NCBI GenBank assembly: GCA_963804165.1
Contig: CAWDPO010000040.1
Span: 128,001-192,000, forward strand
Origin: an uncultured delta proteobacterium
Lineage (GTDB): Bacteria > Desulfobacterota > Binatia > UBA9968
DNA length: 64,000 nucleotides
Direction of reading: 5' to 3'
Shown here: positions 10,101 through 19,270 of the stretch, in pieces
Layout: each line of letters begins with the position of its first letter
Position numbering within the stretch: the first letter of the stretch is position 1
The notes under the pieces: model-generated
Told to the model about the DNA's origin: nothing
Seen by the model: only the letters and a program-made list of their open reading frames with translations
The model's database searches: none
Program-made: the position numbers and the translations under genes

Positions 10101-13100
10101 TTGTTGCCCATGAGCACTGCAGATGAAGGTCGGAGCGTAGCGTCCGAGTACAAGATACAGCTGGCCAGTTCCTGAAAGAGGTAGGCCTCATCGGCGTTAA
10201 TTCCTATATGATGCAGCTGGACCTGGGCCTGTGTCCACGCTAGCGTCGCGGCTCGCTCAAATGTTGCTGAATTGTTGTATTCGTCGGCTAGGGCGATCGC
10301 TTCGTCGCGCGATGACGCGATGAGAGTCGAGAACGTGACCCGCGCGGAGTCTCCCGGCGCGAGCCGTACACGGCGCCTGAGACTCACAATCGGGTCGAGC
10401 ACCGCGCCAACCGTGTTAGAGAGTGGAAGTCCATCGATGACAGACGTCGGCGTTCGGATGCTGCGACCGTGGCCGAGAAACCGTGCGCGGTCGGTTTCGT
10501 ATTCCATCTCGCCCACGGCTTCTCCTTCGGCAACGACCACGTGCACCACCCAGACTTGGGGCTCGCCGTGAGATCTTGGCCGGCGCGTGGCGAGCAGAGC
10601 GCCGAGATCGGCGAGATATTCCGTCTGAATAAACAGATTGGAAAAAGCCGGGTGAGCCGCATCCGCTGCCGGAGGCGCCAGGACGATTTCGGCGTACGAT
10701 GTCAACTCGATCTCCCGGGTTCGTGCGCCGAGATTCGTGATCGATACCCGGCGCACTTCCGCGTCGTGCGCGGGCGGAACCACGACTTCAAGCGTGGTCC
10801 CAATTGCGCCATCGCGGCGCCGTATCTCGACGTGATCCTCGGAAAAAGTGACTTCATAGCTATCCGGCTCGACGCCGCTTGGCTGGTATGCAGCCGACCA
10901 GACCTGGCCGCTGGATCTGTCGCGCAGGAAAAAATACGTCCCCCAGACGTCACGCGTGCGGTCTTCCCGCCAACGTGTAACTGAAAGGTTGCGCCAGTGA
11001 CTGTAGCCGGAACCCGCGGTGGTGACCATCACCGAATATCGTCCGTTGGAGAGAAGGTGGATGGCGGGATTCGCGTCGTGCGGAGAGTTGAAGCGACGCA
11101 ACACCGGTGGAACAAGATCGCGAACGTTTGCAACGGCCCGCACCTCCTCGACCCTCGGCCGCGTCACCAAGACGTCACGTGGAGTGCGTTCCTGGAGCAG
11201 CAACTCAGTGGCGCGCATGCGCGGCTCGTTGTGGAAACGCGCGCGCATCACGCCGTCGTGGAGCACGTTTGCGAGTGCCACGAGCGACATCCCCTGGTGA
11301 TGCGCCATATAGGCGTGCACGACGGCAACTTCTTGGTTCTCGGGGACGCGCGTGGCGGTGTAGTCGAGCGCTTCGTAAAAACCAAAGCGGCCGCTCGCGC
11401 CAGCCTCGGCGAGACGTGCGAAATTCTGTGCCGCGGTTTTTGCGTCAATCATCGCCGCCAGCGCTGTCGCGTAGGGCGCGATGACCACATCTTCACTCAG
11501 GCCGCGTTTGAGGCCTAAGCCTGGCACGCCAAAATTCGAGTACTGGTAGGTCAGCTCCAGATCGCGCGCGTTGTAGGCCGATTCCGAGACTCCCCACGGA
11601 ACGCCACGCTCGATTCCATACTTCCTCTGACGGCGAACGACGAGAAAACAGGTTTGCCCTATTAGGCTCTCCGACGGCGAACGCATCACAAGAGCGGGCA
11701 TGAGATACTCGAACATCGAGCCCGACCAGGAAACCAGCGCAGACCCGCGATCGACGGGCGTCAAAGCGCGACCGAGGTGAAACCAATGCGCCGAAGGTAC
11801 GTCGCCCTTTGCGATGGCGATAAAGCTTGTAAGCCGCGCCTCCGAGGCAAGCAGATCGTAACAACTCGGATCGAGGCTGTTGTCGGAAACGCGATAGCCG
11901 ATCGCAAAGAGTTTTCGTGTTGGATCGAAGAGGAAACCAAAATCCATCTGGTCGAATATCGTCTGCGTGAGTTGGCCGAGAGTCGAGAGGCGGCGAACCA
12001 GCGCTTCGCAGGCTGTGGTAGAACTGGCGAGCCCCTCTATAATCACATCGATTCGCGCAAGGGCATCGCTCTGTGCGGCGCTGTCCTTTCTCAAATGTTC
12101 GCGTAGTTTAGTGAGTTCACTTATGGCGCCTTCGCAGCGGTCCGGCGCATCGGCTAAGGTAGGGACCGAGGGAAAAAAGCGCTCTACCGCTCTTGAAACC
12201 AAATCTTGTTCGGGGATCGTTACAGGATTTATGCGAGCCTTGCCAAAGACAAGCCGCGCCCAGGGGATCGCCTCGTCGATATCGCGTGCATGACTTTCAA
12301 TGGCCGCTCGCACAGCCTCCGCCCAGATGACCAATTCCCCCTCGGCGCTCTCACCTCGTTCTGTGGTCAGTGTGCGCGCAATGTCCGCCATGGTTTGAGC
12401 GCGGCTCACGAGCTCAGTAAGCCGCACGATCCAATCGCGTGGAGTCATGGGGACTGAATTCAGAGCAGTGGTTAGGGCATTGAGCGCTTCGTCCAAGTGT
12501 TTCCGTGTGACTGTTTGGGTGCGCCGGTCATCAACGATCGAGCGCAGGGATTCGCGAAGGAGGATGATGGCATCGGCGATCCCAGAGAGCGCATGCGGGC
12601 CGAGCAGCGGGCGGTCGATCATCTCTTGGCAGGCCTGTCCTAGCGTGATGAGGTGACCGGCAAGATTTCCACTATCGACCGAAGATATATATTTAGGATC
12701 GAGTGGACGGAGGTCCCGCGTATCGTACCAGTTATAGAAGTGGCCGCGGAAACGCTCGAGGTCTTTCATCGTGCCCAGCGTCGCTTCGAGCCGCTCGACT
12801 GCGGCAACCGTGCCGAGCCACCCGAAATCGTGCGCGGCAACAATGGAGAGAAGATATAGCCCGAGGTTAGTGGGTGACGTGCGATGGGCCACAACCGGCG
12901 TCGGCTGCTCCTGAAAATTATCGGGCGGAAGCGCGTGGTCCTCCGCGCCGACAAACGTCTCGAAGAATCGCCAGGTCCGCCGCGCAGTCAAGCGGAGCGT
13001 ACGCACGTCATCCTCGGCGAGGGGTTGAGCCGCAGGCGCGTGCGCCGGCAGACTAATCCAATAAGTCACCATGGGCGATAGAGCCCAGAGAAGAACGAAC

Positions 13101-16051
13101 GGCGCCACGATCGGCCAAACTTCCGGCGCATGGAACACAACAAGGATGCCTACGGTGACCGCAAGCGCTACCGTGCCGTTCATGCGCTGATAGCAGCCTG
13201 TGAGGCTGAGATCGAAAACGGATTTCGCTTGCGCTGCCGTCACCCACTCGAGGAGATTTCGGCGGGTCACATAGACGCGCGAGAGAGTCCGGACGATCGC
13301 GTCGGTCATCAACCATGCCTGATCGGCAAGTAATGTCACCGTGAGTCCGACGTGTGACGCGGCAAGCATGAGGTCCGTACCGACTGCCCGTACATGGCTG
13401 CGTTTTGAAATCCCGCGACGATGCGGGATAGCAGCAAAGAATACGTGTAAAAGGGACGGAATGGCGATACATGCGAATACGAACGTCGTCCACATCAAAG
13501 GTGAAGCGAACGGCAGCGTCCAACCGGCAATCAAGGTGACAAACGCAGCCGGGGCAAACAACGTGCGTCGAAGATTATCGAGCATTTTCCACCGGCCGAT
13601 CAGCGGAATAGAGGCACGGATTGGATCGCGGTTGGTGTCCGATGAACGTCCAATGATCCACGGCAACAACTGCCAATCACCGCGCGCCCAGCGATGCTGG
13701 CGCACCACGGCGACCTCGTAGTGTGAGGGAAACTCCTCGAAGAATTCGATATCGGTGACGAGTCCCGAGCGCGCAAAGATACCTTCATAAAGGTCATGAC
13801 TTAATAAGGAATTCTCCGGCACCCTTCCAGCAAGGGCAGCTTCGAATGCGTCGACATCGTAAACGCCTTTCCCGGTGTAAGAGCCCTCGCCGAAAAGGTC
13901 CTGGTAGACGTCGGACACAGCCGTAGCGTAAGGGTCAATGCCAGCCGGCCCCGAGGAAATCCGCTGGTAAAGAGAGCCCTCACGATCAGTTGGAAGCGTC
14001 GGCGTGACACGCGGTTGAAGCAAAGCGTAGCCCTCAATGACTCGGCCCGCACAAGGATCAAACCGAGGCCGATTAAGGGGATGTGCCATCGTACCTACCA
14101 ATCGGCAGGCGCTCCCTCTCGGCAGGCGGGTGTCAGAATCCAGTGTAATGACGTAGCGGATACTAGACGGCGCGATAGGCGCTTTATCGCCTGTTGGCAG
14201 GAAGGACGTGTCCGTGGCACCGCGCAACAAGCGATTCAGTTCATGAAGCTTACCGCGTTTGCGTTCCCAGCCGATCCACTTGCCCTCGCTTTCATTCCAT
14301 CGACGCCGGCGATGGAAAAGGAAAAATCGCTGGCCCCCATCTGGCGCTGGACCATGGCGGCGATTCAGTTGCGCGATACCATAGGCGCTCGTGGCTAAGA
14401 TCTCGTCGTCTCCCGGCATGTCTTCCTGCGGTGCATCTGTCCAGTCGGTTAGAAGCGCGAAACGAAGATCGCCATCTGAATTTGCCAGATAGTGCACTTC
14501 CAGCCGCTCGATCTGCTCCGCAATCTGAGCAGTGTCGATGAGGAGAGTCGGAACGACAACCAAGGTTCGAAGATCCGCCGGCACTCCATCACGGAGCGCG
14601 AGCCTCGGTAGCGTGCGTGGCCCGAGAAGCGAGGTGACCTCACGGTTGACTAATGCGATCGCGAGTTCCGAAGCCGGTATAAGCGCTAGAAGCCCGGCTA
14701 ATAACAGACCCGCAATTCCAACGTGCCCTGCGCCAGAATTGAACAGAAACAAAGTCAGGATGACACCGCTGACAATTGCAATGGTTGCAAGGTACCGAGA
14801 CGTCGCGTTAGTCACATAGGCGCGTCGAAGCCTAGTCTTGATCGACATGCGAAAGCCGATTTCCCGCTCGAAGGCGACACGCCCATTGGCGATGAGATAA
14901 TAGCCGGGATCCGCGCGGCGTTCCGTGTTTGGGTCGCTGACCCCTTGGGATTCACTTCTGAACTGGCTCGCTTGAAAAACCGCCCGGCGGGCAATTTCAC
15001 CCTCGTCGTGCGTTGAACGCCGCGAGAGTTCTTCAATTGCATCCCTATAACGATCTCGTGTCACGAAGTCCGGTTCGGCAAAGCCCGTATCGGTCCAAAG
15101 GATTGCGTCGACAAGACTCACGCTTTCGAAGAAATCCGCCCAGTCGAAGGCGGAGATCAGACGCATGCTGGTGATCACGTTGCGCACGGTTACGTTCATC
15201 GCAGCCTGCCGCTGATGCTCGACTCGGACAGTCTCATCAGACGTTGTGCCTTGAGCTGCCAGCTTTTCTTCTATCCAACGAAGTGCCGGTGTGACTACCG
15301 GGTCTTGGTCGCGCAGCCGCTGGACAAGTTGCACCGCAAAGGCCGTCGTTAACGAAACGCGCTCGAACGGCCGTAGAACCGTCGCCGCGGGCTCGATTGA
15401 ATTGCCGCCAAGTCCGAGGAGGCGGTCGGCCACGGCGTCGGCCGCCTGGCGCGCCGCTCTGTCATGCACCATTCGCTCCGCTAAGCGCCGTAGATTTTCA
15501 ACGAGCACCACTCTCAGATTAATCGCTACCGCCCAGAGCTCGCCAATTGTTAACGGTTGCACACGTTGGTAGGCGCGCACGAACCGACGAAGCATTTCAG
15601 GGTCGAATCGGCTGTCGGTATGGGCGACGAACGCCCACGCCAAGCCAAAGACCCGCGGATAACCTTGAAGGTGGCCCTCTGCCAGCTTAGGGAGTTCTCG
15701 GTAGTAGCCGGACGGGAGATCGTCGTGGATCTCACGCAGCTGTTCGTCGACGATGTGATAATTGTCGACCAGCCACTCTGCCGCAGGTGTGATCGCACGC
15801 TCCTCCCGAATTGCCTGCGCGATTGCGCGATATGCTTTGAGGAGCACGCGTCCGTTATCTAGCACGCGGGGCAATAATGGACGACCCTTTCGCGGAGTGG
15901 TCGTGACGCGTTGTGCGGCGGCGAGGCTCTCACCGTGCTGCTCAAGACGCTCTCCGCTGAAAAGTTCAGCCCGAATCGGTTCTTCGAGCGGCGGAAGGGC
16001 GATAGCCTCTAAATGCTTCTTGCGTAGGTTCGGAGAAAATAACGATTCCAA
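7199..16051 (-). CDS. cgs: Cyclic beta-1,2-glucan synthase (GT84 + glucoamylase-like + GH94 domains)
   Basis: 2950 aa; GWERKRGKL, LLSHDLYEG, RQHRWARGDWQ, YDLLASEARL, GFRDQLQD, GDWNDGMN, RENGGHY motifs of Cgs/NdvB/ChvB. Confidence 0.95.
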   Translation of the reverse strand: MESLFSPNLRKKHLEAIALPPLEEPIRAELFSGERLEQHGESLAAAQRVTTTPRKGRPLLPRVLDNGRVLLKAYRAIAQAIREERAITPAAEWLVDNYHIVDEQLREIHDDLPSGYYRELPKLAEGHLQGYPRVFGLAWAFVAHTDSRFDPEMLRRFVRAYQRVQPLTIGELWAVAINLRVVLVENLRRLAERMVHDRAARQAADAVADRLLGLGGNSIEPAATVLRPFERVSLTTAFAVQLVQRLRDQDPVVTPALRWIEEKLAAQGTTSDETVRVEHQRQAAMNVTVRNVITSMRLISAFDWADFFESVSLVDAILWTDTGFAEPDFVTRDRYRDAIEELSRRSTHDEGEIARRAVFQASQFRSESQGVSDPNTERRADPGYYLIANGRVAFEREIGFRMSIKTRLRRAYVTNATSRYLATIAIVSGVILTLFLFNSGAGHVGIAGLLLAGLLALIPASELAIALVNREVTSLLGPRTLPRLALRDGVPADLRTLVVVPTLLIDTAQIAEQIERLEVHYLANSDGDLRFALLTDWTDAPQEDMPGDDEILATSAYGIAQLNRRHGPAPDGGQRFFLFHRRRRWNESEGKWIGWERKRGKLHELNRLLRGATDTSFLPTGDKAPIAPSSIRYVITLDSDTRLPRGSACRLVGTMAHPLNRPRFDPCAGRVIEGYALLQPRVTPTLPTDREGSLYQRISSGPAGIDPYATAVSDVYQDLFGEGSYTGKGVYDVDAFEAALAGRVPENSLLSHDLYEGIFARSGLVTDIEFFEEFPSHYEVAVVRQHRWARGDWQLLPWIIGRSSDTNRDPIRASIPLIGRWKMLDNLRRTLFAPAAFVTLIAGWTLPFASPLMWTTFVFACIAIPSLLHVFFAAIPHRRGISKRSHVRAVGTDLMLAASHVGLTVTLLADQAWLMTDAIVRTLSRVYVTRRNLLEWVTAAQAKSVFDLSLTGCYQRMNGTVALAVTVGILVVFHAPEVWPIVAPFVLLWALSPMVTYWISLPAHAPAAQPLAEDDVRTLRLTARRTWRFFETFVGAEDHALPPDNFQEQPTPVVAHRTSPTNLGLYLLSIVAAHDFGWLGTVAAVERLEATLGTMKDLERFRGHFYNWYDTRDLRPLDPKYISSVDSGNLAGHLITLGQACQEMIDRPLLGPHALSGIADAIILLRESLRSIVDDRRTQTVTRKHLDEALNALTTALNSVPMTPRDWIVRLTELVSRAQTMADIARTLTTERGESAEGELVIWAEAVRAAIESHARDIDEAIPWARLVFGKARINPVTIPEQDLVSRAVERFFPSVPTLADAPDRCEGAISELTKLREHLRKDSAAQSDALARIDVIIEGLASSTTACEALVRRLSTLGQLTQTIFDQMDFGFLFDPTRKLFAIGYRVSDNSLDPSCYDLLASEARLTSFIAIAKGDVPSAHWFHLGRALTPVDRGSALVSWSGSMFEYLMPALVMRSPSESLIGQTCFLVVRRQRKYGIERGVPWGVSESAYNARDLELTYQYSNFGVPGLGLKRGLSEDVVIAPYATALAAMIDAKTAAQNFARLAEAGASGRFGFYEALDYTATRVPENQEVAVVHAYMAHHQGMSLVALANVLHDGVMRARFHNEPRMRATELLLQERTPRDVLVTRPRVEEVRAVANVRDLVPPVLRRFNSPHDANPAIHLLSNGRYSVMVTTAGSGYSHWRNLSVTRWREDRTRDVWGTYFFLRDRSSGQVWSAAYQPSGVEPDSYEVTFSEDHVEIRRRDGAIGTTLEVVVPPAHDAEVRRVSITNLGARTREIELTSYAEIVLAPPAADAAHPAFSNLFIQTEYLADLGALLATRRPRSHGEPQVWVVHVVVAEGEAVGEMEYETDRARFLGHGRSIRTPTSVIDGLPLSNTVGAVLDPIVSLRRRVRLAPGDSARVTFSTLIASSRDEAIALADEYNNSATFERAATLAWTQAQVQLHHIGINADEAYLFQELASCILYSDATLRPSSAVLMGNNQGPPGLWRHGISGDLPIVLIRIDDAEDQNIVRQLLRAHEYWRMKQLAVDLVILNEQASSYAQNLQEALESQVRASQSRLQQEGQDSFGSVFILRGDLISAEDRTLLQTAARAVLLSRRGSLAEQVERQQRAPTPAIPPPLRPPETKSSDVSPERPDLEFFNGLGGFTADGREYMTILGEGQWTPAPWINVIANPSFGFQVSESGSGYTWSLNSRENQLTPWSNDPVTDPSGETIYVRDEDTGDLWSPTVLPIREAAWPYTARHGQGYSRFEHTSHGVALDLLQFVSLSDPIKISRLTVENRSDRSRRLCVTAYVEWVLGVSRSGSAPFIITEIDKETGAMFARNAWNSEFAGRVAFADMSGRQTAWTGDRTEFFGRNGTSDHPASLERGDRFSGRVGAGLDPCAALQTTVELSAGGRAEIVFFLGEAATSEQARKLVALYRGVDLDETLRAVIKHWDDILGTVQVATPDRSLNLMLNRWLLYQTLACRVWSRSAFYQAGGAYGFRDQLQDVIALTVAQRDIARAQIVRAAARQFVEGDVQHWWHPPSGRGVRTRVSDDLLWLPYVVIQYLEVTNEIALLDEIVPFLDGPVLALGQEDSYFEPHVSAQTGTLFEHCARALDRSLAVGRHGLPLIGTGDWNDGMNRVGSAGSGESVWLGWFLHTILWEFARLAQARGEHPRAEKWRLHVSALKASLEREAWDGEWYRRAYFDDGTPLGSTENAECRIDSIAQSWGVISGAAEPARGARAMAAVEKHLVRRAEGLAVLFTPPFDHASPDPGYIKGYPPGIRENGGHYTHGAIWSVLAFAALGEGDKAGELFSLLNPINHSNTRAGVSRYKVEPYVVAGDIYAEPSHVGRGGWTWYTGSAGWMYRAGIEWILGVRLRGTRLHLDPCIQRAWRNFRITFRYQSSRYEIVVENPHGVMRGVSSIEFDGVRMASGSMYIQLADDGATHRVRVVLGAENSHAPR

Positions 16052-16427
16052 CCAAATACCTCAGCACGGTCCATCCCGCCGCGCGCATACCCATGCTATC
16101 GGGCTTCAGGGCCCTCGGGACCAGATCCTGCGGTGGGAAAACTAACAGCAAGTGGGTTTTCCGAAACAGAGACACATTCACGTCTCAGTCTCGCCCTAGC
16201 GGCGTCTCCTTGCTCAACCGCACCAGTCGAAGAATCTGTGCGCAAATCCTGTACCATCCTCGCAATTCTTAAACGCCACTTCTTAGTCCAAGCACCTCTA
16301 TATTTCTGTATGTCATTCACCTAATCCTGCTTTCTCTTGTAGGTCAAATCAAGTCGACTTGTTGTCGCGCGATGGCTGCCCGGCGAAAAACCTAGCGACC
16401 ACGCTGCACAGTAACGCGTGCAATCTT

Positions 16428-16443
16428 TGGCATGTTGGTTGCT
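16428..16443 (+). promoter_or_regulatory. Putative sigma54 -24/-12 promoter
   Basis: TGGCAT-GTTGG-TTGCT. Confidence 0.55.
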
Positions 16444-16897
16444 CTGCTCCTTTAGTACTTTTGATTTCTGAAACCAGCCATCTTGAAAATCTAAGTATGG
16501 TGACTTGGTCGTTATTCAGATCGCAGCGCCATTTCATTCGTCAATTTTGGTTTGTGGTCAAACTTGCTCAGTACCACGGGGTGGCGTGCTCGATCACGAG
16601 CGTGAAGCGAAACGAATTGTCGACCGTTAAGAGGGGTCCGCGGATAGATGAGCGACCGATAGACGGCAATCTATCTATATACATAGGAGGCAGCGATGAA
16701 CGACGACATTCTTACAGGGCGGTCGTCATAGCCAGCGGTTTTTTAGAGGCGGAGAAAAGAAACCCTACAGGCTTGATGAACTATTAGAGGTTTTTCGCAG
16801 CTTGTTCGACAATGAGTAGAGGGCGAATTTTCGTTCACCATGGTAACGGCTGCGGAATGTCGTTGGTAGAGACCGCTCTCGTTTCGCTGTTTGTATC

Positions 16898-17185
16898 ATG
16901 GGATACAGTATGACTAGGCTCAGAATCATGGACGAACATCTCACCATTATCATGACTCTTAACCGTTACAATCTGTTTGTGGAGAAACTAGACCCAGCGT
17001 CGCGAGCGTATGAGATCATGAAAAATGCCTCCATTGAGCGCAGTGATTCCAAAGATCACTACGTGGGCGCAATGAGGATTGCCTGCCGATCGGACGAGGC
17101 TGATATGCTTCTCAATCAGGCAAACAGAGTCTGCCCCGAGGCAGCCCCGGACATCGCGACCGCGATCGATTCCATCGACAAATAG
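16898..17185 (+). CDS. Hypothetical protein
   Basis: 95 aa ORF with plausible globular composition; start uncertain. Confidence 0.45.
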   Translation: MGYSMTRLRIMDEHLTIIMTLNRYNLFVEKLDPASRAYEIMKNASIERSDSKDHYVGAMRIACRSDEADMLLNQANRVCPEAAPDIATAIDSIDK

Positions 17186-17189
17186 GGTC

Positions 17190-17312
17190 ATTGCCGCCTT
17201 CCTCTTTTTTCTATTGCCGTCAGAGATCGAGCAGGCCGCAGTCAAAGATTTCCTGCCGAAGCCCTACAGTCTGGATAAGGTGGTCAAAACACTCCATCGT
17301 GCCAGTGGTTGA
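17190..17312 (+). pseudogene. Remnant of a receiver-domain C-terminus
   Basis: VKDFLPKPYSLDKVVKTL resembles the receiver beta5 (FLxKP) and alpha5; no N-terminal part. Confidence 0.4.
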
Positions 17313-17381
17313 CCGAGGAGTTCCACGAGAGACTTCCCTGGCGTAGTGAAGTTGCCTTGAAATCACCCAAGCCGAGGCGCG

Positions 17382-17744
17382 TTATGCGGCGAGCAGTTCA
17401 CTAAGCACATTTTTTAGTTTCGCAATATCTAGCGGTTTTTTAAGATAGTTTATCGCTCCGTATTTCATGGAGCTGTCTCTTGTGCCCATCGCGGGATAAC
17501 CCGTCATCATAATCACTTGAGTTGAAGGCGACCGCTTTTTGATTTCCACGAGCAGAGCCACACCATCGATCGGATACATATTAATATCGAGAATTGCGAC
17601 TCGAATGTCTTCTTGATCGACAAGATCTAGCGCTGCGTACGCGTTCTTTGCTGTTTTGACTTGATAGCCTTCCTTGGAAAGTATCCAATCCAGAAGCACT
17701 AACAAGTTTTCTTCGTCGTCGACGACGAGAATTGATGGGTCCGT
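17382..17744 (-). CDS. Single-domain response regulator (apparent ACG start)
   Basis: Frame extends upstream of the ORF-track start as (T)DPSILVVDDEENLL; ILDINM phospho-Asp; YLKKP; aligns with the paralog at 42530. Confidence 0.8.
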   Translation of the reverse strand, partial: TDPSILVVDDEENLLVLLDWILSKEGYQVKTAKNAYAALDLVDQEDIRVAILDINMYPIDGVALLVEIKKRSPSTQVIMMTGYPAMGTRDSSMKYGAINYLKKPLDIAKLKNVLSELLAA

Positions 17745-17797
17745 ATCTTACTTCCCTACAATCGATAGTGGCTAACGGTTTATTGGTTTCGTAATAC

Positions 17798-17813
17798 AGC
17801 AATTCAGATGCCG
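17798..17813 (-). promoter_or_regulatory. Putative sigma54 promoter of the response regulator
   Basis: Reverse strand CGGCAT-CTGAA-TTGCT, about 54 nt upstream of the start. Confidence 0.6.
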
Positions 17814-18305
17814 AACGCTAACGAGTCTGATCACTCTCGCCCTAGGTGCGAAGAATAAACTGTCGGGAATATGCTGAGTGGAATACGGTGAATACCAGAA
17901 GCAAATCGACCAGAGGTTTTTTAGCTTTTAGATTCATGGATGAAAGGTAAAGTTCAATTTAACCCCCGCTTACTAGTGGCGGGGCGATAAGTTACGTAAG
18001 ATTCTCGAGACAATTACGAAGAGGCGCGTCGATCGATCATTGCAGCGATCTGTAATATGATTTCCAGTTTTCTGAAGTAATCCACACCTAGCGACCAAAA
18101 TTAACGCTATAACACCCAACCCTCTAGAATGATCGCATGACAGTAGATGCGATGCTTACGCCACTGCACTAGCAGTCGGCAAAATTCTACAAATCGTCGG
18201 CTTTAGCTCTACATATCTCCTCTAGAGGACGATCTGCATTTTGCGGGCATGAGCTCTATCTCGATTTTTACTCGCGTTTCGTGGTGTGATCCGAAGCTTA
18301 GTTCG

Positions 18306-18321
18306 TGGCATACAGCTTGCT
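18306..18321 (+). promoter_or_regulatory. Putative sigma54 promoter of the CBS gene
   Basis: TGGCAT-ACAGC-TTGCT, about 50 nt upstream of ATG 18371. Confidence 0.7.
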
Positions 18322-18370
18322 CGATTTACCCAGTACTAAATCCGTGCGGAAGAAACTAAGGAGATGCTTT

Positions 18371-19204
18371 ATGCAGCTTAAAGATTTCGTCAACACTCGA
18401 GTAGAAACTGTTGAACCCAACGATACATTACAATGTGCTGCCGAAAAAATGAAAGAGTTGGATGTTGGGTCTTTGCCGGTCTGTGACAATGGCCATCTCG
18501 CCGGAGTGATTACGGATCGCGATATCATAGTCCGCGCGATTGCCCAAGGTAGCGATCCAGTAATCGTAATGGTGCGCGAAGTTATGACGCCCGAGGCTTT
18601 GTGGTGTTTTGAGGATGACGAGGTCGAAGAAGCCGCTCGGATCATGCAAGAGAATCAAGTGCGCCGAATAATGGTTCTCAACGATGCCAATGAGTTGGTC
18701 GGTATTACGTCGCTGGGCGAGTTAGCCACGGTCACGGGAAATCGCCTCTTAGCCGGCGAAACCCTCGAATCCGTTTCTGAGGACTCACGGGTTTCGCAAG
18801 CAGAAGACCCAGTCGAGTGGGAGTCCGAGGATAATTCGGACGTCGAAAGCGTCGGCGAATCTTCGCTGGAAACGAGAGTGACAGGCATTTTTCACGACCG
18901 CGAGTCTGCCAAAAAAACGATCGAGGAATTAAGAGACGCGGGATTTACGGATCGCGCAATTCTCATTGCGATGCACGATGAATCCGCTCAGGAAAGTTTC
19001 ATCGAGGAGACTCAAGTACAAGCCATAGCGCGCGAGGAAAATCCCAGCTTGCCCGATCTGAACTCTGGGCAGATCTTGATCGTGGTTGAAGCCGAGGAAC
19101 GCGTAGACGACGCTCTTGAAATACTCAATCGTAATCATGCGGTCACCGCTGGGGCTCGTATTCCCGCCCCATGCATGACAAAGGCGCCCTACGGGAAAAC
19201 ATGA
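18371..19204 (+). CDS. Tandem CBS domain protein (paralog of 2642..3454)
   Basis: MQLKDFVNTRVETV..., highly similar to the first copy; SD aaggag before ATG 18371. Confidence 0.88.
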   Translation: MQLKDFVNTRVETVEPNDTLQCAAEKMKELDVGSLPVCDNGHLAGVITDRDIIVRAIAQGSDPVIVMVREVMTPEALWCFEDDEVEEAARIMQENQVRRIMVLNDANELVGITSLGELATVTGNRLLAGETLESVSEDSRVSQAEDPVEWESEDNSDVESVGESSLETRVTGIFHDRESAKKTIEELRDAGFTDRAILIAMHDESAQESFIEETQVQAIAREENPSLPDLNSGQILIVVEAEERVDDALEILNRNHAVTAGARIPAPCMTKAPYGKT

Positions 19205-19270
19205 ATTGTTAGCTGGACGATGTGCGAGTAAACCCTACGTTGGGTTGCAGCTACTTCAATAAGGATTTAT

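Noticed and set aside
7247-16145. Many short ORFs overlapping cgs on both strands
   Set aside because: Shadow ORFs of a GC-rich long gene with no recognisable motifs.
18305-18370. ORF-track N-terminal extension of the CBS gene (also ahpC 57355-57444)
   Set aside because: Overlaps a sigma54 motif; SD position and homology favour the downstream ATG.
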